From: an uncultured Gammaproteobacteria bacterium
Lineage (GTDB): Bacteria > Patescibacteriota > Microgenomatia > Levybacterales > UBA12049
Length of the DNA stretch: 64,000 nt
Assembly (NCBI GenBank): GCA_964610465.1
Contig: CAZSWA010000007.1
Coordinates: forward strand, 4,062-68,061
Reading direction: 5' to 3'
Shown: positions 45,547-53,379 of the stretch, piece after piece
How positions within the stretch are numbered: the stretch's first letter is position 1
Layout: each line of letters begins with the position of its first letter
Notes under the pieces: model-generated
What the model was told of the DNA's origin: nothing
What the model saw: only the letters and a program-made list of their open reading frames with translations
Database searches by the model: none
Position numbers and translations under genes: made by a program

Positions 45547-46517
45547 ATACTTTAGAAAATAAAAAAATGGTCTGTCTCGGCGGCGGTATTGGGACAGTCA
45601 ATCTTATCCGCGGCCTTAAAAAATATACTGAGAATATCTCGGTTATTGTTTCCATGGCTGACGAAGGAGGTTCTGCAGGAAGACTAAGGAGACTTTATAA
45701 TATTCTCCCGCCCGGAGATATTGTGTCTTGTATGGCAGGACTTATTAATGGTGATAATCCGCTTGTTAGCAAATTACTCACCTACAGATTCCCAGGTGAC
45801 AGGTATGGAGATGACAAAGAACTTGCCGGACACAAACTTGGCAATCTCATGATGGCTGCTGCATATGATATGACTGGTAACTATGAAGAGGCAATAGCGC
45901 TTATGAAACAAATATTTAAGGTGCAAGGAAATATTTATCCTGCTACTTTGGATGCTGTATCACTTAATGCAATTACTGTTGAGGGGAAAGAAATAAGTGG
46001 TGAAGAAGCAATCGACCTTGGCAAGTATAATGGCAAGAGAGTTTTGGAAAAAGTGTTTATCTCACCTGACAATCCAAAAGTAAACCCTAAAGCAGTGAGC
46101 GCTATTAAAGAGGCTGATGTAATTATTGCTGGACCAGGAGATTTATATTCAACTATCTTGCCGGTACTTATTATTAAAGAAATATCTCAGGCACTTATTG
46201 CAAGCCAAAAACCAAAAGTATTTATTGTAAATGTAGCCAATAAACCATTTGAAACAAAAGGATATACCGTAATAGATTTTATCAATGCAATAACCAAACA
46301 TTTGGGAACATTTCCATTTGATAAAGTCATAATAAACAATGACTATTCATATAAAATCCCTTCCAAGTATCACTACTCATATGTAGAGCATGACCCGACG
46401 TCTCTTGTTCCTGTTGAAAATCCACCTTTGATAATTGCTGCGGATTTGGTAAATCAGGAATTTCCTTTATATCATGACTCAGAGAAGCTTGCATATACTG
46501 TATATAAAAATATATAA
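45531..46517 (+). CDS. YvcK/CofD-family protein (UPF0052; gluconeogenesis factor-like)
   Basis: MVCLGGGIGTVNLIRGL...SMADEGGSAGRLR matches the YvcK N-terminal signature. Confidence 0.8.
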   Translation: MVNGMNTLENKKMVCLGGGIGTVNLIRGLKKYTENISVIVSMADEGGSAGRLRRLYNILPPGDIVSCMAGLINGDNPLVSKLLTYRFPGDRYGDDKELAGHKLGNLMMAAAYDMTGNYEEAIALMKQIFKVQGNIYPATLDAVSLNAITVEGKEISGEEAIDLGKYNGKRVLEKVFISPDNPKVNPKAVSAIKEADVIIAGPGDLYSTILPVLIIKEISQALIASQKPKVFIVNVANKPFETKGYTVIDFINAITKHLGTFPFDKVIINNDYSYKIPSKYHYSYVEHDPTSLVPVENPPLIIAADLVNQEFPLYHDSEKLAYTVYKNI

Positions 46518-46524
46518 TTGGGAT

Positions 46525-46740
46525 ATGGTTTTGACTATTTTACAAATTATTATCGCAGTACTTTTGGTCGGCGCAATTCTTCTGCAGGCACCTGAAGGCG
46601 GAATATCTCCTGTTTTTGGAGGAGGCGGAGAAATGTACAGAAGTAAAAGAAGTGTTGAGAAATTCCTCATAATTGCAACTATCGTATTGGCTGTACTTCT
46701 TGCTATTCTTTCAATTGCTCTTCTCTTCCCTCATAAATAA
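46525..46740 (+). CDS. secG: preprotein translocase subunit SecG
   Basis: 72 aa from the internal ATG at 46525: MVLTILQIIIAVLLVGAILLQAPEGG....FGGGG plus a second TM, the canonical SecG layout. Confidence 0.65.
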   Translation: MVLTILQIIIAVLLVGAILLQAPEGGISPVFGGGGEMYRSKRSVEKFLIIATIVLAVLLAILSIALLFPHK

Positions 46741-46743
46741 GTT

Positions 46744-48114
46744 ATGATAGTCATAAGAAGAAGATTATTATTCTGGCTTATCAAAGCCTATCTAAAACGT
46801 TCAGGCAAAATTATTGCTTTATCTTTTATTGCAGGCCTTGTGTTTTTTTTCTGTCTCTTATCTTTGTCAAAATATTTTTCGCGTTTCATCGTTATCCATA
46901 GAAAAGTTATAGTAGGATTGGTTGGCGCTTATAAAGCAAATTCCTTACCGCCTGAGATAGTCAACAGAATCTCAGAAGGATTAACCTCTATTGCTAGTGA
47001 CGGGAGTGTAAAACCGGCAGTTGCTTCATCCTGGTCAATTCGTGACAATGGCAAAACCTATGTATTTTATCTAAAACACAATAAATACTTCAGTGATGGG
47101 AAAAATGTGACATCTGACTTAATTTCCTATGATTTTAGTGATGTTGATATTGAAAGGCCTGACAAATATACAATGATTTTCAAAATCCATGTAAAAAATG
47201 GATACGCTCCGTTTTTGGTAACACTTGCCAAACCTATATTTGAAGATGGCTTTATCGGTGTTGGTGATTATAGGATTGAAAATGTAAAGTTAAATGGAGA
47301 TTTTGTGCAGTCACTCAGCATTGCATCAGTGAAAAACCAATTTGATATCATACAGTATCAATTTTATCCTACTCAAGATGCGCTTAAGACTGCATTTCTT
47401 TTAGGAGAAATTACAGAAGCGCATGGCATTACCAATCCAAATTATAGTAATTATTCCTTCAATAAATTCTCAAACGCAAAACTACAACAAACTATTAATT
47501 ACTCGCATTTAGTAACACTTTTTTATAACACTACAGATGGACTCCTGTCAGATAACAAAATGCGTTTGGCGCTCACCTATGCGTTGCCTGATGATTTTGA
47601 GTTTGGACAGCGGGCATATATCCCTTATCCGCAAAATACCTGGTATGCCAATAAAGATTTGGAAGATCCAAAACAGGATTTTAATCATGCCAAACTTCTC
47701 TTTAATGCATCAGTCAATGCAACAGAAAGCGGCAAAGTGGAAGCACAAATTACTATAAAGACACTAACAAAATATAAAAAAGCAGCAGATACTGTTGCCA
47801 AAGAATGGAATAAAATAGGAATACTTACCAAAGTTGAAGAAGTTGATAGTATTCCAATTGATTTTCAGGTGTATTTGGGAGAGTTTAACCTGGCTCAGGA
47901 TCCTGACCAGTATACTATCTGGCATTCAGGTCAGACTGCCAATATTTCAAGATACAAAGATCTTCGTATTGATAAGTATCTTGAAGATGGAAGAACTGCT
48001 ATGAATATCAATACCAGACAAAGTATTTATTTTGATTTCCAGAAGTATTTACTTGAAGATCCTCCGGCCGCCTTCCTCTATTTCCCGTACGAGTATAAGA
48101 TAATAAGAAAATAG
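46744..48114 (+). CDS. ABC-transporter family-5 (peptide/oligosaccharide-type) substrate-binding-protein homologue, TM-anchored, orphan
   Basis: N-terminal TM anchor; the C-terminal SBP_bac_5-like block (NI.R..D.R.D....E....N...RQ.IY.DFQKYLLEDPPA.FLYFP) is present. No permease or ATPase genes nearby. Confidence 0.55.
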   Translation: MIVIRRRLLFWLIKAYLKRSGKIIALSFIAGLVFFFCLLSLSKYFSRFIVIHRKVIVGLVGAYKANSLPPEIVNRISEGLTSIASDGSVKPAVASSWSIRDNGKTYVFYLKHNKYFSDGKNVTSDLISYDFSDVDIERPDKYTMIFKIHVKNGYAPFLVTLAKPIFEDGFIGVGDYRIENVKLNGDFVQSLSIASVKNQFDIIQYQFYPTQDALKTAFLLGEITEAHGITNPNYSNYSFNKFSNAKLQQTINYSHLVTLFYNTTDGLLSDNKMRLALTYALPDDFEFGQRAYIPYPQNTWYANKDLEDPKQDFNHAKLLFNASVNATESGKVEAQITIKTLTKYKKAADTVAKEWNKIGILTKVEEVDSIPIDFQVYLGEFNLAQDPDQYTIWHSGQTANISRYKDLRIDKYLEDGRTAMNINTRQSIYFDFQKYLLEDPPAAFLYFPYEYKIIRK

Positions 48115-48165
48115 AGAATAGCGTATAGCAAAATACTTAATGACGCATAACCAATAGAAAATGAT

Positions 48166-48273
48166 GTCATTCCAAAGAATTCCACGGAAAAAGCACCTTG
48201 GGGTTATCCGAAAATTGGAAAACCCTGGTACCTTCTTCGTCCTGCGCAAATGCAGGAATGAAAGTAGAGGATG
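48166..48273. repeat. about 108-bp small element with GTCATTCC ... GGAATGA ... TAGAGGATG termini (copy X3), internally hairpin-rich
   Basis: Its termini match the shorter copies at 3197-3246 and 53254-53283. Confidence 0.3.
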
Positions 48274-48306
48274 TTCCTCCTTTCTCACCTTACGGTGCTT
48301 TATATG

Positions 48307-48648
48307 TTACTCTTTTTTGTTGCGGACTCTAAACGAATCTTTGTGGTCTTTTGGCTTCAGAATCGTGGTTGGCCCCGGACTAATTAGCACACTGTTGTCA
48401 GCCAACTCAAGCAGGAAACCACTTTCCCGCGCGTAGATGCTTCCTATCATGGTTTCGCCATGCGAGTCAAGCTCTACGGTTTCTGTGACGGAAGCTGCGT
48501 CATGAGAGTGAAGCCAACCTAGATGAGGCGTGGAGCTAAGGTCGGCAATCGTGCCGCAATCCACTCTCCGGTTTACTATCCGGAGAAACTCGCCTCCGAT
48601 AAACTCACCTTTTCGAGCTTCGAGCTCTTCCCATGTCAGGACATGCAT
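48307..48648 (-). CDS. hypothetical protein (113 aa) in GC-rich islet B, second gene of a two-gene cassette
   Basis: ORF in a 45-55% GC block. Its C-terminal SGFLLELADNSVLISPGP...KPKDHKD resembles the C-terminus of the 52484-52828 product (SGFLTRLGDVIESLEILGP...KRKDTR). Confidence 0.4.
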   Translation of the reverse strand: MHVLTWEELEARKGEFIGGEFLRIVNRRVDCGTIADLSSTPHLGWLHSHDAASVTETVELDSHGETMIGSIYARESGFLLELADNSVLISPGPTTILKPKDHKDSFRVRNKKE

Positions 48649-48691
48649 ACCTGTCTCCTTTGTGCTGTCTGGTTTAAGCTTCAGAAACGCA

Positions 48692-48946
48692 CTACAAGGG
48701 CCAGTTCTTTCTTAAGGACTCTTTCAGTCCTTCAGCTTCTTCCTGAAGATCTGCTAACATACTGAGGAATTTCAAGCTCCTTGCCTGGATACTTATTTGT
48801 TTAGGATCCAGTCCTGTACTACGGTTTATCTTCTCAAGGACATCTTCTCTTAAGACGGTAACCTCTCCTTTCTGCTCTGCAAGAGAGTTCAGCACTCCCT
48901 CAAGTCTGTCAATCAGACTAGACATAGTTATGCTCCTCTGGAGCAA
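48692..48946 (-). CDS. hypothetical helical protein (84 aa), first gene of the islet-B cassette
   Basis: ORF in the GC-rich block, 43 nt upstream of the 113-aa gene. Confidence 0.4.
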   Translation of the reverse strand: MLQRSITMSSLIDRLEGVLNSLAEQKGEVTVLREDVLEKINRSTGLDPKQISIQARSLKFLSMLADLQEEAEGLKESLRKNWPL

Positions 48947-49217
48947 TCACTGCCAATACAAAAAGGCAGCGACCCTTATGACTCTTTCGGAATCACAAGG
49001 GAACTGCCTTCTTGAAAAGCAAAGCGAGATTTCGCAACAATTTCAAAGAACAAACAAAGAAAGTATATCAGGAAGACGGGAAAGAAGCAAGCTTATAGTA
49101 TGTATGGCTTGTTCTACAAATAGCTTTGATTTCGAACTCCGGATTTATTTGGGATTTAATACCTGGATTTGTAATTTATTCCTTTAATTCCTGCTGCTTG
49201 CTTCTATATAGAAATCT

Positions 49218-50585
49218 TTATGCGAGGGCGATTTTGGAACGGAGTTTTCTGTGGTACGTAATTGCAAATCTATGTGCTTCATCTCGAAGACGCATAATAA
49301 GATGCAATGCTTTTGTGTTTTTGGGAAGAGAGATCTCTGTAAAGTTTGTATTTATATTTTCTTTATTCGATTTTGCTTCGATATTCGATAATTGATATTG
49401 GATATTTTCGGGCAATACTATCGTCTCTTCCCGTTTCGCAAGACCGATAAGAGGAATTTTTGTATTGGTTTTCAGCAGTACTTCCATTGCTGATGAAACC
49501 TGTCCTTTTCCTCCATCAACAATTATAAGGTCAGGATACTGCCAGTCTGTATGTTTGAGTCTTCGTGTCAACACTTCTTTCATCATGGCAAAGTCATTGG
49601 GCGTCCCGTCTTTTCTCATTTTAAATTTCCTGTATTGTGATGAATCTTTTTCTCCATCGGTAAACACAACCATTGATGCAGTGGCATTTGTACCCTGAGT
49701 ATTTGAAATATCATAACACTCAATTCTCTGAAGTCTGGTAATTGCATAGCCTTGGCCATTTAGAATATTTTTTAGATCCTCAAGTTCTCTACTCCGCAAA
49801 TCACTTCTAAGATTTGGATTGATATCGTATTCAAAAGGTTTGTGGAAAGGTCTGGTGATAAGGCTTAAGGCATCAATCTTTTTTTGAATCTGTAAAGCTT
49901 CTTCAAATTTTTCCTCAGTACTTACTGCGTCTCTTTCCTTTTCGAATTCTGCCATTAATTTCTTTGATTCGCCTTCAAGAACCCGAATAATACTTTTGAT
50001 ATTTCGCCTGTAATTTTTTTTTAGTTCCTCTGAATCAAACATAGGAGGACAGGGACAAAGCCCCAAATGATGATAGAGACATACACGCTTTGGGTGATTG
50101 AGAACCGATTGATAAGGAAATACCCGTCTTAAGATTTTGAGGACCAGTCGTACTGCCCTTGCATTTGGATATGGTCCAAAATAGAAAGAACTGGCATCAT
50201 CCTCTCTTCGTGATAAAAGTATAAGAGGGTATTTGTCTTTTATAGTAATGCGGATATACAGATAGGATTTATTGTCTACCAGTCTGATATTGTACTTAGG
50301 TTTGAATCTTTTGATATAAAAGGCTTCAAGTAGAAGTGCTTCAAGTTCTGTCTCAACCAACGTAACTTTTATTTTATCGATATGGGAGATAAGTGCCCGG
50401 GTTTTCTGCTCAAGTAGATGACTATTGGTAAAATATGATGAAACTCTGGATTTTAAATCAACTGCTTTGCCAACATATAAAGGACGTTTGTCTTTATCTA
50501 AAAAGACGTATACGCCCGGATCTGATGGTAATGATAAGTATGAGGAGCGCGAGTATAACAAAACTAATACCTCCTGTAACTGCAA
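49218..50585 (-). CDS. uvrC: excinuclease ABC subunit C (short form lacking C-terminal HhH domain)
   Basis: GIY-YIG motif (PGVYVFLD....LYVGKA..L..R), an RNase-H-like endonuclease motif (IIVDGGKGQ) and RDEAHRFA. At 455 aa the protein ends without (HhH)2. The annotated start overlaps the upstream gene by 92 nt, so the true start may be a downstream non-ATG codon. Confidence 0.8.
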   Translation of the reverse strand: MQLQEVLVLLYSRSSYLSLPSDPGVYVFLDKDKRPLYVGKAVDLKSRVSSYFTNSHLLEQKTRALISHIDKIKVTLVETELEALLLEAFYIKRFKPKYNIRLVDNKSYLYIRITIKDKYPLILLSRREDDASSFYFGPYPNARAVRLVLKILRRVFPYQSVLNHPKRVCLYHHLGLCPCPPMFDSEELKKNYRRNIKSIIRVLEGESKKLMAEFEKERDAVSTEEKFEEALQIQKKIDALSLITRPFHKPFEYDINPNLRSDLRSRELEDLKNILNGQGYAITRLQRIECYDISNTQGTNATASMVVFTDGEKDSSQYRKFKMRKDGTPNDFAMMKEVLTRRLKHTDWQYPDLIIVDGGKGQVSSAMEVLLKTNTKIPLIGLAKREETIVLPENIQYQLSNIEAKSNKENINTNFTEISLPKNTKALHLIMRLRDEAHRFAITYHRKLRSKIALA

Positions 50586-52359
50586 ATCTATTCAATACGA
50601 ACGGAGTTACTTTTATATCCTGTGCAATTGTTCTATCTGCCAAACGTATTGTAAAACTCTCATTCTTGTTTGTCAAAAATGAAGTATGGTCAAAGCTTAC
50701 AGGAACATTTGCATATCCAAAAGGCGGAATGGCAGGAATTCTGATAACCTGTGTATGAGGAAAAAGTGTATTAGACATAAGCCCGAGTGTCTGGTCAGCA
50801 AATACGCTGGTACCTACATTTCTGATAGTCAAAGTCCCGCTTATTGGAAAGCCGGACAGGGTAACTTTGGGAAGATTGGATTCAAGCTCTATATTTTGTT
50901 CATTTAGTGGTACTACATCACCAAAACCTATATTGACATCTTTGCTGTCACTAAGTCCTGAAACTTTATATCCGCCTGCAGGTATAGGATATTCACTGTT
51001 GAGACCCTTGATTACAAATGCGAAATGATCAAAATCCATAGTATTGAAATAATCAACTCCTCCGGTTGTATTGTCCCATGTCGGATCGACCATTATCCAC
51101 GTGTTTCTTGCAGTATCATAATATTCAGGCCAGGCATGCAATATATCTTTCACAAGAGACAAAGGTCTTTGTTTTGAGTTTTCTGTAGAAGCAAACCCGT
51201 CTACTTCTCTTGCCGGAATACCTGCAGCTCTGGCAAGTGTAATAAATAAATCCGTAAACTCAAGACAGACGGCAGAATCTGGTGACTCTAACGCGGCCAC
51301 TGCACCAAGCCGGGGTTTATTATCGGTAACCCGTGAGAAATCGTAGTTGAGAGTTTTGACAACATAATTAAATATAGCATCTGGAGTTTTAAGTTCCCTG
51401 GCGAGTTTTTGAATTTGTGAGTCTGCTGTCTGCCAGTAATTTTGACTTTGTAGATATAATGCCAAATCTTTTTGCGATAATGGCTGTTCTTTTGGTGTCA
51501 GAGATAAAACAGCTTTACCTTCAGTAATTACATCCAGTTTTTGAGAAGGTGAAAGATAATACTGTGCAAGCCAGTTTCCGTCATTATCTACTGTGACATT
51601 AACCGGTTTGGGACTTATATCTCCGATAAAAACTTCCTGATAATTGGTTGAAGGCGGCAATGCAATTTCTGTGTGAATTGGGAAAAGATTTTTGTTGCTT
51701 AAATGATACAGAAGTCGAAATGTATAGACCTGTTTATCACCAAACGCAATAGATATTCCGGATTTTCCAAGCATATCTTTAGTAAAGGAAAGCGTGTTGT
51801 TAGTCTGGGCCGGCTTGATATAAGTCGGATTACCAAAAGAAAGTGGTGTTTTCACATTAACATTAAAACTGTGAAAGCTGTCTGGATTAGCAATACCCGG
51901 TATATTTATCTCCCATATTTTGCCGTATTGTTTGGAAATATCCGGTGAATCAAAAGTAAGAGTAAAAGTAAGCTTGCTGCCAAGACCTACTACTTTTTGA
52001 TTGAAGAATAATTCTATTGAGTAACCATCACTTGTTTTATGCAGAATCGGACTCATTGGACCACCTGCATCACTTGCCTTTACATTGACTATATTGTTAA
52101 ATCCAAGCTGTACTTTGTAGGATGAAGCATAGTACTGACTCGTCGTATTGGTAAGAGTGACATGCAAAGTCACATTGGTCAAACCATTCTCCAGTACAGA
52201 ATAATCTACACTATAATCAGTTGAAAAATTCTCAAGTGCATAAGCGTGAGGAGTGAAAAAACTGGTAAGAATTGCAAAAAAGAACAAAAAACAGGCTAGT
52301 ATTGAAAATGATTTTTTTACGAAACAATACACATGCTTATTGTAGTATATTTTAGACAA
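50494..52359 (-). CDS. transglutaminase-like cysteine-protease-fold protein, secreted with C-terminal TM anchor
   Basis: Signal peptide; Cys-His-Asp core blocks (AVCLEFTDLF ... HAWPEYYD ... WIMVDPTW); C-terminal TM. Confidence 0.75.
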   Translation of the reverse strand: MSKIYYNKHVYCFVKKSFSILACFLFFFAILTSFFTPHAYALENFSTDYSVDYSVLENGLTNVTLHVTLTNTTSQYYASSYKVQLGFNNIVNVKASDAGGPMSPILHKTSDGYSIELFFNQKVVGLGSKLTFTLTFDSPDISKQYGKIWEINIPGIANPDSFHSFNVNVKTPLSFGNPTYIKPAQTNNTLSFTKDMLGKSGISIAFGDKQVYTFRLLYHLSNKNLFPIHTEIALPPSTNYQEVFIGDISPKPVNVTVDNDGNWLAQYYLSPSQKLDVITEGKAVLSLTPKEQPLSQKDLALYLQSQNYWQTADSQIQKLARELKTPDAIFNYVVKTLNYDFSRVTDNKPRLGAVAALESPDSAVCLEFTDLFITLARAAGIPAREVDGFASTENSKQRPLSLVKDILHAWPEYYDTARNTWIMVDPTWDNTTGGVDYFNTMDFDHFAFVIKGLNSEYPIPAGGYKVSGLSDSKDVNIGFGDVVPLNEQNIELESNLPKVTLSGFPISGTLTIRNVGTSVFADQTLGLMSNTLFPHTQVIRIPAIPPFGYANVPVSFDHTSFLTNKNESFTIRLADRTIAQDIKVTPFVLNRFAVTGGISFVILALLILIITIRSGRIRLFR

Positions 52360-52483
52360 TTTTTCCCATCAAAAAACGCGTTGAACAGAAAAAAGGTGAA
52401 GTCATAATACCTGGAAATAGCTTGAAGGCCGGAAGTGGCGCGCTTCCTTGCGCCACCCTTCCAGAGTCTTAACTCTCCTTTTG

Positions 52484-52828
52484 TTACTCTATCCAACGCG
52501 TATCCTTGCGTTTTGTTTGTTGCGGGTTACTGGGTCCCAGAATTTCCAGAGACTCAATAACGTCACCCAACCTCGTCAAAAAACCTGAACGATTAAATTG
52601 ACGGGTAGTTTTGAGCCACATCTGTCGATTCGCATCATGAAACCATTCCCCCCTTTGACTGACCGCCTCTATGAGGCGATATGTTTCCTCATTGGTGGAG
52701 AGCATCTGCTCATCCAGCAAAGATTTTAGGTCATGGACCGCTTCAATGAATTGTGGTCGAAATTTGACCATAAACCAAGTCTCCGGGGACAGCTCTATGA
52801 CGAGTCTTACTAGATGCCGTCTCTGCAC
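52484..52828 (-). CDS. hypothetical protein (114 aa) in GC-rich islet C, paralogue of the 48307-48648 product
   Basis: See C-terminal similarity above; GC content above background; a GC-rich hairpin (GGCGCGCTTCCTTGCGCC) lies just downstream. Confidence 0.4.
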   Translation of the reverse strand: MQRRHLVRLVIELSPETWFMVKFRPQFIEAVHDLKSLLDEQMLSTNEETYRLIEAVSQRGEWFHDANRQMWLKTTRQFNRSGFLTRLGDVIESLEILGPSNPQQTKRKDTRWIE

Positions 52829-52870
52829 GTGTGGTCTCCTTTGTTGTGTAATTTTACTAACTGGGACACA

Positions 52871-53107
52871 CTACGGGTTTGTACTATATGGTAATGCCAG
52901 ACTAACCAGGGCAAGCGTCGCCTGGTAAAGATCTAGAAGGGTATCAAACTTTAACCTCTTTTCCTGTACAGCGTTTTTCGCTTCGTCAAGTAACTGCTTG
53001 TATTGTTCGTATTCAGGGGTGTTTTTCAACTCCTGATGAACTTTCAAAACCCTGGAGACGTGACCCTCACATAGTGCAACTCTGCGCGCCATCTTTTCTT
53101 GAGTCAT
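52871..53107 (-). CDS. hypothetical small protein (78 aa) with possible HTH (MARRVALCEGHVSRVLK), first gene of the islet-C cassette
   Basis: ORF in GC-rich DNA; the HTH call is by pattern only. Confidence 0.4.
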   Translation of the reverse strand: MTQEKMARRVALCEGHVSRVLKVHQELKNTPEYEQYKQLLDEAKNAVQEKRLKFDTLLDLYQATLALVSLALPYSTNP

Positions 53108-53253
53108 CTCAATGCTCCTGTTCTTTTTTCTGCCTACCCATAGGCAGAATCATATTTTCCAGTTATTGAAAAATAAAATACTACCTATGAAATTGACAGT
53201 AAGAAACAAAATTTATTATTCCGCAACAAAAATTTCAAAGATCTAATATTTTT

Positions 53254-53283
53254 GTCATCCTCCCCGATTTAATCGGGAATGAC
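53254..53283. repeat. 30-bp copy (X2) of the GTCATCC...GGGAATGAC palindromic element downstream of uvrA
   Basis: GTCATCCTCCCCGATTTAATCGGGAATGAC, an imperfect hairpin with termini matching X1 and X3. Confidence 0.3.
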
Positions 53284-53379
53284 ATCTATTCAAAAATTTC
53301 CACCCAAGCCGCAAATGGTTTGAGGTATTTTTGAGCTTAGTGAGTATATCAAAAAAGAGGAGAATTTACAAACTATGGG

